A DNA stretch of 63,662 bases, counting the filler, from Lenisia limosa (Eukaryota; Protista; Breviatea), in NCBI GenBank assembly GCA_001655205.1. It is 7 parts of 7 records of this genome, joined end to end, with 100 filler letters (N's around TTAATTAATTAA, not from the genome) between each part and the next. Parts side by side here need not be neighbours in the genome. Positions count along the whole stretch, not along the records: positions 30,105 to 36,768 come from LPNZ01008335.1; positions 36,869 to 47,742 come from LPNZ01008330.1; positions 47,843 to 49,752 come from LPNZ01003760.1; positions 49,853 to 52,277 come from LPNZ01004748.1; positions 52,378 to 62,320 come from LPNZ01001846.1; 2 more parts are not named here. One strand, 5' to 3'. Both the position numbers and the translations under genes were made by a program. This document shows positions 36,171 to 55,900 of the stretch, one piece after another. Numbering within the stretch: position 1 is the first letter of the stretch; each line of letters begins with the position of its first letter. The notes beneath the pieces are model-generated. The model was not told where the DNA came from and did no database searches. It saw nothing but the letters and a program-made list of their open reading frames with translations.

Positions 36171-39100
36171 ATGGGACTATTTGGTAAAAGTTCCGAAGAA
36201 AAGAAGCAGAAGAAACTTGAGAAGAAGAAAGTCAAAGAAGAGAAGAAACAAGAGAAGAAGGAGGCCAAGGAAGAGAAAAAGCGTCTCAAAGAGGAGAAAA
36301 AAATGGGTTGTGGAAGCAGCAAGAACAAAACCTCACAGTCTGCTGATGTCAATGAGCCCCAAAAACTCGGAGAACCTGTGGTAGAGGAAACAAAGCCAAC
36401 TACAAAGCCTGAAGCCGAAAAGCCAAAGCAGGCAGCCAAGCCAGCCGTTACCCTCGCTGCTGTCGCTGCCGGTTTGTGTTTAAAATGTTTATTCAAGAAT
36501 GATTTGAGGAGCCTTATTGCTTACCGAACTCCGCCCCCTCACGACCACAGGCTCTCCAGAAGCGGTCTTTGACACAGTGATCACTGATGTCCAGAGCCAG
36601 CGACCCTTTTCTGAGCAGTCTCGTCGCGGTATGTTGTGCAATAGTGACCATTATCCCTGGAATCCGACGCTTTAATTGAGAGTGTCCTTCATAAGGCTGA
36701 TAATAAGCATGATTCGTCATCGTTTTGGGGAATGTTGTTGGGACTCTACACTCCCCCCCCCCCCCCCCNNNNNNNNNNNNNNNNNNNNNNNNNNNNNNNN
36801 NNNNNNNNNNNNTTAATTAATTAANNNNNNNNNNNNNNNNNNNNNNNNNNNNNNNNNNNNNNNNNNNNTTGTGGTGCGGGTGAGACGGTGGTGTTCGGAT
36901 GGGAACAGTGGTTGAGTTCCTAAGCCGATGCTTGCGAGGGAATTCATACTCAACTATTAAAATCAAACATTTGGGATCTCTACAAACAATAACTGTAAGT
37001 ACCCAAAAGTACCTTCTTCAACCGCAGAAGGTAAGGCTGCATGGAGTTTGTCTTTGGGCCCTTTTATGTTGAAACAACACCCGGGGGGAATGACTGCAGT
37101 CCGGAAATACCTTCTTCATAGCAAACTCGTGCTTGGCCTGTGCCCTACTCTCGCTTCTGTTCTTCAAGGCAAATAAGCATTAATCCCACTTACGTGAGTT
37201 ACCGCTGGGCTGCCAAGGATGATAAAGTTGTCTAAAGCCAGAGAGCTAACATCCCTCGGGGGTCTTGCGGCAACTCGAGGTTCCCATTTCTTTTTTTGAA
37301 TGGTCTTCTCATAGTCTGAAGGGAGTCAATTACACAAATCAGTTACGGTTCTTACACTTTTCGCCGTTTCAGGAGTGTGAGGAAGTTCGTGTTGTCCTCG
37401 AGGTGGGGTCAGAGTTGGCGAGCAACAGACAGATGGAGTTGATGGAGATCCATTCTAAAAGAGTTATCATTGTAACAACAAAAACTGTAAAATAAAGCAA
37501 CAAACCGTTACACCAAGAGAAGATGTATCGTCACAAATTGAAGGACCGAAGAATTCATTAATACTGGAAGAGAAGGTCTTGTAAGAAGCCTTGGAAGGGG
37601 GAGTCCTGGGGTCAACTTAGCCTCAACTTGCTCCATAAGCGTGTTGGGGGGGGGGGTGAGGTGGTAGTGACAACTTGGGGAAGAGCAGCTTTGTCGACAG
37701 AGGTCTGTTAAACATTATAAAATTGCAAAATTTGGCTTTCCAAGTAGAGGATGAGCGTAGCTGGGGATAAGAGGAAAGTTTAAAAGTAAAGGATGGTAAT
37801 TTTGAATGAAATGGCCCATTCTCTCGCAATTACAAGCAACAATAAATAATAATGGTAACACTGTTCCCAAACTCACGATTGGGAAGCTTCTCCAATCTTG
37901 AGGAAGGCATTGGCAACGCGGTTTCTTACACTTAACCGACGCTAGGTCTTCATTGACATCAATTGTCTTATTGGACTTGCATTTTGCTTTTAAAAGTTTA
38001 TTTCCATTAATAAGCTGCCCCGAAAGGGCAACTGGGACAACTGAGGCCTTCACCTGTCATTCAAACTATAGCTCTATTTCACACTTAATATAGGAGGGGG
38101 GGACAAAGCTCAATAGTGTGTTTCTCCAATTCCTCTTCAAAGTTCTTTTTGCACCTTTTCAGTGCAAATCACATTTTTTAGGAAAAGTTGAAGCCGAAGA
38201 CAATGAAGCAAGAGTTGTGTCTTCGGCATGGCTCCCGGAGTTTCGACAAGGCCATTGTGAAAGCAGTTGCGTCGGATTGTAAGACGGGTATGATTGGTCT
38301 GAGGTTGTACTTCACTTGTGTTTTTACTATTCCATGCTTTGTTTTTCACTGACAAAAACCCTCTTTTTTTTTTTACATAATTGTAGTTCCAGGGGCTGTC
38401 AAGAACTACGGCCATCGTGTCTGAACAAGGCAGAGTCCCTCAATGAGGACGACATCGTTGGACTTGGGTAATGACTGTCGTGGATCAATATATTTTGAAT
38501 TGTATTGCATCAGAAAAGGTTTACTTACTATCCCCGCCCCCTTTCTGTGGACATATTATTTCCCCACTTACGAGACCTTCGATGTCAACCCCAATGGCGA
38601 GGAGCTTCTTGATAACGCGAGTGGAGACGTTGGGGACTGGGACACCACGACGAGACTTTGAGAATGACGGGGTGTCAGGGTGAAGGATATCAAAGCCCAT
38701 GATCTTGCTGTTATGACAGACAAAGGTCAAAGTGTCAGTTGAGTTCCAGCCGTAGCGCTGAGATGGTCATCTCCAAATAATACGGGGGTGCCTAAAGTCA
38801 CCAACCTTTGACAAGCGACTGTCTACAGAAACGAAGATGGGATCCTTGGTCTTGATGCCGTCAAGAACATCTTTTTGAAGAGGTCTAAACATATGACTCA
38901 GAAAACTTCAAGAAAAAAAAANNNNNNNNNNNNNNNNNNNNNNNNNNNNNNNNNNNNNNNNNNNNNNNNNNNNNNNNNNNNNNNNNNNNNNNNNNNNNNN
39001 NNNNNNNNNNNNNNNNNNNNNNTCACGCTTAGCGGTGAAGGTATTCCTGCAGAAGGTCTTGGAAGTCGAAGCAGCAATCATGCGGAAGCTAAAATATTAC

Positions 39101-39770
39101 CACCCTGACAGTAGCAATACCAATGCCATTAACTGATAAAAACGTGTAGCAAGAGACATCCACAAACGAGAACGCGTTGTAGTTGCCCCCGCTGAGGACA
39201 CATCGAAGAACTTCTTGAGAAGAGCATTGGTACGAGCCTTAGGAGTCTCCACCACAGTGTTAAGAGAGGAATATGAATCCGTTTGTATTGAAAAGGAGCA
39301 GCTTTTGGGCCTCCTCAAGGGTGTTAGGAAGCTGACACATCCCAAAAATGGCCACAAAGCCTCGGTTGTGATCGAGTCTGAGGAAGGAGGAATCTTTGCT
39401 CGCCTCTACTGCACTGGAGGTCGCGATAAGAACTGCAGAGCTTGTCGTGGGACTCATGTTCCTTTAGTAAGCTTAAAGCAGATGTTACTTGTTTTGAGGG
39501 TAATCTTCTTCAAAATCGTTTCTCAATCTCTCTAAACTACCAATTACCTTTTTTTTTTAGATTTCCAAGGACGTCTTCGCAAAGGCTAAAACCAAAGCTT
39601 CCTCTACTGTTGTTTCTCCTGCTTCCCCCGATACTGATCCGCGCCACTGGGAATTATTTTGCACAGTTAGTTTTCCTCATGTATGTTCATTTTTACTTCT
39701 AGTTTGGCTCTGACAAAGCGCGTTCTCTCACCAGGGACCATAATTACCGGTAAATTGACGTCATCAAAAG
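36171..39770 (+). CDS. Multi-exon gene with Lys/Glu-rich, putatively acylated N-terminus, unknown product
   Basis: MGLFGKSSEEKKQKK...EEKKMGCGSSKNK...AAVAAG|ALLLTELRPL..., later SRLAVKVFLQKVLEVEAAIMRKLKYYHPD, ISKDVFAKAKTKASS, FGSDKARSLTRDHNY. Crosses a contig linker, so the downstream exons may belong to a different gene. Confidence 0.5.
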
Positions 39771-40064
39771 AAGAAAGTTTGGTACCGTGGCTGTAGATTC
39801 TAAGTGAGTTATTCAGAGTTTTACGTTGAAATCTATCACTTCAATAATTGAGGAGACAGCCCCAGGGTAGATAAAATTAGCAGGCTGATCATCTTTTTCT
39901 ATAGAGCCTAATAGGAAAAAAAGTCGCTTCTCCTGTGCTCTCTTGCCTCCTAAATAGTTGGTTAAAGTGTAACAATGTTAAAACCTGTTAAATTTCCTTA
40001 AAATTGTCAATTCCCTGATCCCCTGTCAGCTTTGAACTACCACCTTAAAGAAATTTAGCTATTA

Positions 40065-40215
40065 TGACATTACGATGACGTGTCACCCCATATCCCCCAC
40101 CCATCTAACCCACTTTATCCCCTTTGTCCCGTAAATGATGTTTAATGCTTCTTATACTGCGATCAGAGCGACAAAATATGATTTTTTTTGAGAAAAAAAA
40201 AAAAGAACCCGAAAC
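40065..40215. repeat. Dispersed repeat family E (two copies)
   Basis: TATGACATT..CATGACG..TGTCACC...TTTATCCCCTTTGTCCCGTAAATGATGTTT.ATGCTTCT...CGATCAGAGCGACAA recurs at about 41820-41975. Confidence 0.8.
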
Positions 40216-40280
40216 GACTCTTTAAAAAGAGGTATATATATGATATTATATCATATTATATGTTACTCATTAGCGTAAAC

Positions 40281-47510
<7,230 letters not shown>

Positions 47511-47949
47511 CTAAACACAAGTTTAGACAACACAAAAAAATCAGGGAAGTATTTTAATCTGCGGTGGTACGGTCATGCTTCAAATATTTTTTATACACAC
47601 TTCAAACCATATGTGAATAGGTGGGGGTGTAAAACCACGACAGTGGAGGGGGGGGGACCTCGATTTGCCAGATTGCTCAATTTTTAAAATTAATTATAGA
47701 CACTATCGATATATCATATCATATGGTTTTTGGATAAATCGGNNNNNNNNNNNNNNNNNNNNNNNNNNNNNNNNNNNNNNNNNNNNTTAATTAATTAANN
47801 NNNNNNNNNNNNNNNNNNNNNNNNNNNNNNNNNNNNNNNNNNAACACAATACAATTGAACTGATGTTACTATTATTTATTGGGAAATCCGAGAATGAAAA
47901 ACCCCACTCCCCAATGACCAAAAACAATATCCTCTCCCCTCAATAGCCA

Positions 47950-49580
47950 AAAACAATACCCACCTGAGAAGTCAGAAGCGTGCTCCGTGAGGCAAATAAG
48001 GTAGGCCTTGATGCAACCAATCAGATCTGAAGGCGAGCAGATGCTGGGGGGGGGGGGTAAAATGGGAAATTTATGAAAAAAAAGAAGCCCAAAATCAACT
48101 CTGTTAGCGAGCAATACATGGATTGAAATACTACTTTAATACGAAGAAGCAAATTAAGAAATACCCCCCCTCCGCACACTGGAATGAATGTCATGCTCCT
48201 TCAACATATAGTATATAGCAAGCAATGCGAAATAAAAAACAAAGTTTGTATTTGGCCGAAGCGCCGTCATCATCCAATCGTTTGCCTTACAACTCTGTGC
48301 ACACAGTTTTCTGCGTGCCTCCCCAGCATACAATAGAAGGAATTTGATAAGGGCGGAAGACTCGAGTTGGAAGGTGTCCTCAGTCAGCGAGAAAAGCTCC
48401 AAGAAACGCTTGTTAGCGAAGGTTTCCTGCACTCTCAGGGAGTTCCTCGTGTACCGCATGGTCCCCATGGGCATGCTGTTAAGGAGGGCCTTTTCTTGCT
48501 CGGAGATGAAGAGGGGCTGGGAAGGGGTTAATTGGGACGGAAATAATCGTTTTTAAGAAATTAGTTCTACACCCCACCCCTCAGTTTCAGATTATTCGGT
48601 TCGTGATTTAGTACCTTTACGCCAATATTCTTCGAAATTTCCTTCGTTTTACCTCCCCCCCCCCTCTCCTCNNNNNNNNNNNNNNNNNNNNNNNNNNNNN
48701 NNNNNNNNNNNNNNNNNNNNNNNNNNNNNNNNNNNNNNNNNNNNNNNNNNNNNNNNNNNNNNNNNNNNNNNNNNNNNNNNNNNNNNNNNNNTTTATATGA
48801 TATACAGTGACTGGGATCAGTCTTGACATATTTTCCTTGAGAAATCACAGCAAAATCGGTCAAGACTTATCCCTCTCAATGTACTCATATAAATACCGCC
48901 GACCAGTCCAGGGTCGTAGTCCATAGCTGGTCTGTTTTCGGGGATGGAGATGAGGAAGTTGGCGAGTTCGGGGAACATTGATGGGGTACTTTTGATGAAG
49001 GGGTCCATAAGGTGCCTAAGAATCTGTCAAATCCTTGCCCATCTTAAGATGGAAGAATATTGTGCGTTTGTAATTAATTATTATTTAAAAGTGACGGCGG
49101 TACGAATACATATTTTTATGCAAAAACAAAAAAAAAAATACCAATAGATGTTTGTGGAAAATATCACCATGTTTGCTTCGGGAACAACAGTACGAATAAA
49201 CTCAAGCGGTACAGGAAAAATTTTACAAGGATAATTAAAAATGGGGACCCAACTTCATCCTTCTCATCATCTATCCCACCCCCTGGGGCTTCCCTACGGC
49301 CCGAAAAAGACCGTCAAAATATCGATGTTTATCGAGAATTTATCCTTTTTGGGACCGTAGGGAAGCCCAAATCACAACAAACAGGTTAAAGCAAGGCTCA
49401 TTTTCATTCCCCATTCCTTCCAAACCCACATCACAAAAGACAGGTTTTTGATATCGGGGTGAGACTCCTTCAGCTGCTCTAGAATGGACATGAGCGCCAA
49501 CACCCCGTGCCGCAGGTGTTCGGACTTTTCGTTCGCCATTGGCTCCGAGTTGTCAATCATCTTCTTGATAGCGTCTGGAT
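47950..49580 (-). CDS. Multi-exon gene fragment, unknown helical protein
   Basis: DAIKKMIDNSEPMANEKSEHLRHGVLALMSILEQLKESHPDIKNLSFVMW|HLMDPFIKSTPSMFPELANFLIS..., PLFISEQEKALLNSMPMGTMRYTRNSLRVQETF..., ICSPSDLIGCIKAYLICLTEHASDFS. Confidence 0.55.
49286..49368. mobile_element. MITE family C, second subfamily (GGGCTTCCCTACGG TIR)
   Basis: GGGCTTCCCTACGG...CCGTAGGGAAGCCC, with the same internal AATATCGAT..TTATCGAG core. Related copies at 57822-57903 and 59634-59729. Confidence 0.8.
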
Positions 49581-49911
49581 GCAATGAATGGGGTGGGGGG
49601 AATTGGTACATTTAGAAACAAAAAAAGCCCAAAACAAACTCTGTTGGCTAACACACAAGGCTTGATAACAACACTACAAACAACAAATGCCCAGGCCAGT
49701 CGCTTCTGCAGCACCTCATCCCACTACTCCAGCGTACGGTAAAGATCATATGNNNNNNNNNNNNNNNNNNNNNNNNNNNNNNNNNNNNNNNNNNNNTTAA
49801 TTAATTAANNNNNNNNNNNNNNNNNNNNNNNNNNNNNNNNNNNNNNNNNNNNCCCCCCCCCTCCCCCGTGTCTAACAAATATAAGATCGTGGGGCATGTA
49901 TGACGTATTCA

Positions 49912-51480
49912 GGCTGAATCTGAGATGGATCCTGAAGAAGAGAGTTCGCCCAATGATCCAGAAAAATCGGATAACGATGGCTCAGTCAAAGCAGAAACTG
50001 AAACGAACGACAAAAAACAGACCACTGAAGAGGACGTGGTCGAGGAAGAGGTGGGTGACTGTTTTAAACAAACAGGGCTTGACCGATTAGCTGTATGATT
50101 TGATAAAAAGAGCATACCAATATAATGATGATTTTAACAATTATCGAAATCGCCATATCACCATATTTACGTCTAACCAAACAGATTGGTGTTGTTGCAC
50201 CCTCAAATGACCTCCCTTCGGTTTGAGGACAGTTCATATCATATCACTTTTTGGGTCATTTTCACATACACTCGGGATAAACCCTCGTGTTATCTTCGTT
50301 CATCATTTTGACTTGAAAGTCGGTCATATGATCATATCACTTGCGGATATAGGTTAACATACATATCACTTGTTACTTCTTTGTGTGAGTATTTTTCAGA
50401 AGATAGCGTCTTTACGTCACAGGCGGGCCTCATGTACAAAGTCCAAGTGGGAGACTTCCCCCTCAAAGCACTCCTTGGTCTGTTCCATTCCGGACTCTTT
50501 TCGGCATTCCCGCCTGTNNNNNNNNNNNNNNNNNNNNNNNNNNNNNNNNNNNNNNNNNNNNNNNNNNNNNNNNNNNNNNNNNNNNNNNNNNNNNNNNNNN
50601 NNNNNNNNNNNNNNNNNNNNNTTAAATAAATAAAATCAAGAGAACAAAGAAATACGTAGGGATTGGAGTAACTAGTTGAAAGCTGTTGATTTTATTGTCT
50701 TTTTTGGGCGTACTACTGATCTGCAATTTGACCTTCCATAGGCCCTCAATACCTATGGAGAGATCCCAACCCAACTGGAAAATGACCTTGAAACCCCAAG
50801 CCATGAGGTGTGCCTTTTTCATTCATCATAGTTTTCTTAAAGCAGGCCGCTAAACCGGAATAAAACCTCGGAGTGTAAGGATTTTCCCATGGATTTGGGG
50901 TAGCGCTTTTGGCTAGTTTTGACCAAAATGCATGGATTTGGGGCCTGGTTAAGATTATGTAATGAATCTGGTTTAGCGGCCTGTTTTAATGCCATCTTGT
51001 TCTCTTCCTATCTTGATACTTTCTCTTATTATTTCCTTTGTTGGGGTTCACTCTTCAGCCGTCAATACTTCCTCTCACGATGGACCCCAAAGTGGCTGTT
51101 CCAGTCCCCCTGAGTCGCATCTATGAGGTTTGTAACTGGATGGTCCTATATATTCCTATCTAATGGGTTTCTTGATCTCAAAGCTAATTAAATGAAGTTG
51201 TTTTTGGATATGATTCAAAAATACATGATTTAATCTTGAACAAAAAAAAACTGCTAAATCTTTATCCTCATTTAGAAGATATACTTCAATGTATATAATA
51301 AATGATAGGTGCTGAGGGAGTTGTATTTGCCTTCCTGAGTCTTTCGTCTTGATGCCATCCCCAGATATTTTATAAAGATTAGTAATGTGATAACTTCACG
51401 GGTGAAAACTTCCGAACTAATACAGCAGAGCTACTTTCCTATTCAACAGGCGGTCATTGAATCAGCCCAACGAGCTGCAG
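49912..51480 (+). CDS. Multi-exon gene fragment with acidic segment, unknown product
   Basis: AESEMDPEEESSPNDPEKSD...VVEEE, EDSVFTSQAGLMYKVQVGDFPLKALLGLF, ALNTYGEIPTQLENDLETPSHE, PSILPLTMDPKVAVPVPLSRIYE; GT-AG bounded. Confidence 0.4.
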
Positions 51481-52975
51481 GTGCGTCACACATCATCATA
51501 GTACTTCAATTAACCTTCCGAAATGGGTACCTTTTCAGTTTTTCTTCATCATATTCAATATCATATCCTCTGGATGATATTATACTATTATGTTGTGATG
51601 ATTCATTTGTTATTAATATTTTTGCTTTAAAATTTGTGAATGTTTATTCTTGGGAGTTAAGAGTTTTGTAGCTCTATGAGTTAGTTATTTGTTAGTATCG
51701 TCACAGTACATTTCCTTTTGAAAAGCAACCATAAACTCCTACATATGATATGTGTATTAGGTCAGTGAATAAAAAGGGGCCCAGTGTTGAAAAAACGCTT
51801 TTAAATGCACTTTTTCTGATCATTATTCAAATTTTCTTGTTTTTAAGGATAGTCTTCTTTTTGATTCGTCTTTGTGTACTTTTCGTCTCAGAAACGATGG
51901 ATAATAGAGTAAACAATGTGTTTCAAAATTCAATAAGAGAAACAAGACAACATAAAAACTATTAACGAGAATTCCAACCTAAAATAGTCAAAAATGACTG
52001 GTAATACGCCCTTTTAATCAATTAATGATGCGAACAACCACCAGGTGTGGCACTCGTGTGATATGGACAAAAGATATATCAATAAAAGTCTGAAAAACTC
52101 GTTTGTGCTATCTTTTCCACCCATATTCTCAAGTAATATGTATAATATGCCTCCTCATCTTCTCATGTGTATGACATCTATGTTTATACATATCCACTGG
52201 TGATAGGCTCATATAACCGATTTTCGACTCGAAATTATGAATAGAGATTGCACGAGAGTACATTTAGAGTGTACCATNNNNNNNNNNNNNNNNNNNNNNN
52301 NNNNNNNNNNNNNNNNNNNNNTTAATTAATTAANNNNNNNNNNNNNNNNNNNNNNNNNNNNNNNNNNNNNNNNNNNNAGCCCCAAATAAAATATGATGAC
52401 TGAATTAGAATTTGTGAAACAATAAAAGCCAAAAATCAACACTGTTGGCTAACAACGCACGATTTTGAATCGGAAACAAAAGGGAAACAAAGCTGATATT
52501 ACAGAAAGCAAGCAGTAAGAAAGGGTGGTGAAAAAACAAATTGTACATTTATTTTCATTTATACTCAATACATATGATTTTATTTATCCATAATAGTCAT
52601 CATCAGGGCAAAGGAGGCAATGAACAGTTGACATCATATGCAATGCCACCAACCTGATCTGGATGGTCCCGCCCGCTGGCTTTCACCCTTGTCAAACAAT
52701 GTTTTATTTATATTTATTAATTTATATTATATACTATTATATTTTGTCGTGAAGGACTGATTTCTGAACACGGAAAACGATAAGGATTGTGAACCTGGGG
52801 TTTCGAATAACAACGATACATTTATAAAGGAAAATTCCAAAAATCTCTGTATTATTGCTAAGGAACATCTTTATTTTACAGTTTTATCTTGGGAAACACT
52901 TAACAGCAACCAACTAGATTCCATACTCGGATACTTTCGGCTCGTGGTCCCTCTTGGGCCATAACGCTGCTCGCA

Positions 52976-55900
52976 ATGGCAGAAATGCGATTAATTAAGC
53001 TATTCCTTTTGGTTTTCTTTGCTGCGTTCACAGTCCAAGGTTTGGTTTCGACTTATATCGTCATCATTGCCCTTTCTCTACAGCAACCCCATGCTCCCCT
53101 CCTGCGCTCCTCGATTCACCAGCCGCATTCACTGGCGTCACCGGCTGTACGTCCTTCGACACGGCCACCAAGATCACCGATGCTACCAGCCTGTCGTCTC
53201 TTGCGTCCCTTCAGAATGCCACGTCGCTAACCTTCCAAGGTGAGCAAGGCCCTTCTTTTTTGTCTCACCAGTGCAGAATCGGGATTCTCATCACTGTCCG
53301 CAATGTCATCTTTGGCCAACATCCAGCATTTGGAGTTCATTTGTGGGCCATAGGAATGCGGAGAAAAAATGTGATTGGCCAATTCGGCCTCCGGGCTTAG
53401 GAATGTTACAATATTTCTTCGATAATGGTGTTTTGTTCTTCGTAAGATTACTATATTGTGTGAATAATGTTACAATATTACTTCGATATTTGGGCTTTGT
53501 GCGTGTGAATGATGTTGCAGTATTACTTCGAATAATGTTTCAGTGTTACTTCGATATTGGGGCTTTGTGCTTCAGGATATTACAGTATTACTTTGATTTT
53601 ATATTTTGTGCATGTGAATGTTACAATGTTACAATAACATAACTAGGTAATTGATTGACAAAATTTGATAATACAATGTCTGAAGTGCTATTAGTTAATT
53701 ACAGGGAGTAATATAATGTAGTCTTGGTATTCATGATGGGGAGACAGTTTGAGGGAGGCAACACACTATGATTTCTTAATATCTAATTTGTGGTTGCAAT
53801 TCTTATTGCGAACTATCTCTTATCATGTCTCTTATAAGCGTGATGGTATGGACGTCTTCGTCCAGATACAACCTTATTTTCTATTTCTCATTGCTATCTG
53901 TATTTACTTCGGTTTGATACTACCTGTTTTTTCTCTCTCTCTAATCTTTACATGATATACCTTTTGCTTATGATGTGTATTACAAGTGCGGACTATTTTG
54001 TATTATATAAATCCCCCATATCTTTTTTCTAGATTCAATCAACATGTTTCAGAACTGTTCGAAATTTCTCCGTTTTTATTCATACAATTTCACATCCTTT
54101 TTACTAAGTTAGCATGTTCGGGCTTCACAGACGCCTCATCATTGGCCTCGGTGAACATCGAACATCTTGTCATTAACAGCGCCTCCTTCTTTCCGATCTT
54201 CTCGTCTACCAACGTAAAGAAGATCACTGGTGGGTTTAGGTTGAAGATGTGGAGGTTATGGGCTTACTGGGGAGTGCTGTTGCAGTTAAGTTCGTGGGTC
54301 TTAACTTATTATTTCAGTTTTAATATCACTTCAGTTACTTAAGTTCAGTTGTAACTTATTGTTTCAGGTTTAACTTCCTATTTCAATTTTAACTTACCAA
54401 TTCAGTTAAGGACTCGACATTAGTGAACTTCGATATGGTCTCTGTCGGATCACTCGAAAGCCTCAACTTGATTAATCGTAAGAATGAGGTGTAGAGTGCT
54501 GTTTTAATCGTAAGAATGAGGTGTAGAGTGCTGTTTTTAAAATCATTGATCGGCTCTTAACCTTGATATTCAATAATACTTGAATATTTATAGAAAATCG
54601 AGAAGTCCCGTTTCAAGTGCGGATATCTAATTTCCGCAGTTCCGAGCCTGAATAACATCGCCACCCTTGGCATGACGGACGTTCAGCACATTCTCATTGA
54701 TAATGTGGCCCTCTTTGACCTCCAAAGTGTCGCGCTTTACCCCTCTCTTACCTGTGGGTTTTGGGTTTGGGGATAAAAGGCTTCCTCGTGCTAAAAAGAT
54801 CGCCAAGTTATCGAACTATATCGTTGCTTACCTTCTGAGAAATCACTTTGGTATTGTTAATATGAGATTTGTTTATTGCACTGACTTTTCCAATTTCCAA
54901 TTCCTATTTTCCAATTTTCATTCATAACTAACTTTTCATTCATTACTATTCGATCTATTCCGCATTTCTAACCTCGCAAAGCTCTGCAAGTGGCAAACGT
55001 ATCTACAATGGTCGCTTTGGACATCACCGTGTCCGACGCAATCAAGTCCTTTACCGTCACGGGATGTTCTGGTATGGGGGTATCAAGTCCTTTACCGTCA
55101 CGGGATGTTCTGGTATGGGGGTATCAAGTCCTTTCCCGTCACGGGATGTTCTGGTATGGGGGTATCAAGTCCTTTACCGTCACGGGATGTTCTGGTATGG
55201 TTGTAAAGGGGGGTATCAAGCTCTTAAGTCCTATCATATATTATATCTGTATTCTATCAAATATTCATATCATATATATGATATATTAATACTATATGTA
55301 GTAATATATCACACAAATATTCACCTCCCCTCATTGTTTCATTTGTTTCCATTTTTTCTTCGTGATTAGTAACTTTACGCCAATATTCTTCATCGAAATG
55401 TTTGTTTTGTTGTTATCAACCGTTGTGTGTTGTCAGTCAACAAAGTTGATGTGGGTTTTTTTGTCATAGATTTTCCAATTTTACCCNNNNNNNNNNNNNN
55501 NNNNNNNNNNNNNNNNNNNNNNNNNNNNNNNNNNNNNNNNNNNNNNNNNNNNNNNNNNNNNNNNNNNNNNNNNNNNNNNNNNNNNNNNGATCAACTGATT
55601 GTTCACAACAACATGCTTCTGGTAGCTGCTGTCGGTATGCTGGGGTATTGGGGTATTGGGATATTTTTTGTTCCATATAAAACTATTCAAAAGTCGGTTT
55701 TGACATTCCATGTGATATAATATACTATATGATATCTAGGTATACATATGTAGCAATGCTTTAGTCGATTTTGCTCCGAATTCATTTGACCTCAATCCAG
55801 GGTTTGACAAGCTTCAAACGGTGACTCAGCTCAAAATTTCGGATAACGCCGCTACCGTCGTGTCTTTTTCCTCAAATTTGTCATTCACCAATATTTATTT

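Noticed and set aside
39215-39535. MRRA...EQLLGLL resembling the DHX16 C-terminal region
   Set aside because: Wrong strand relative to the DHX16 exons and no flanking DHX16 motifs; it belongs to the plus-strand gene.
39975-40020. GELT-like frame as the next DHX16 exon
   Set aside because: Splice phase is incompatible and the following residues do not match KLGRRMAEFP.
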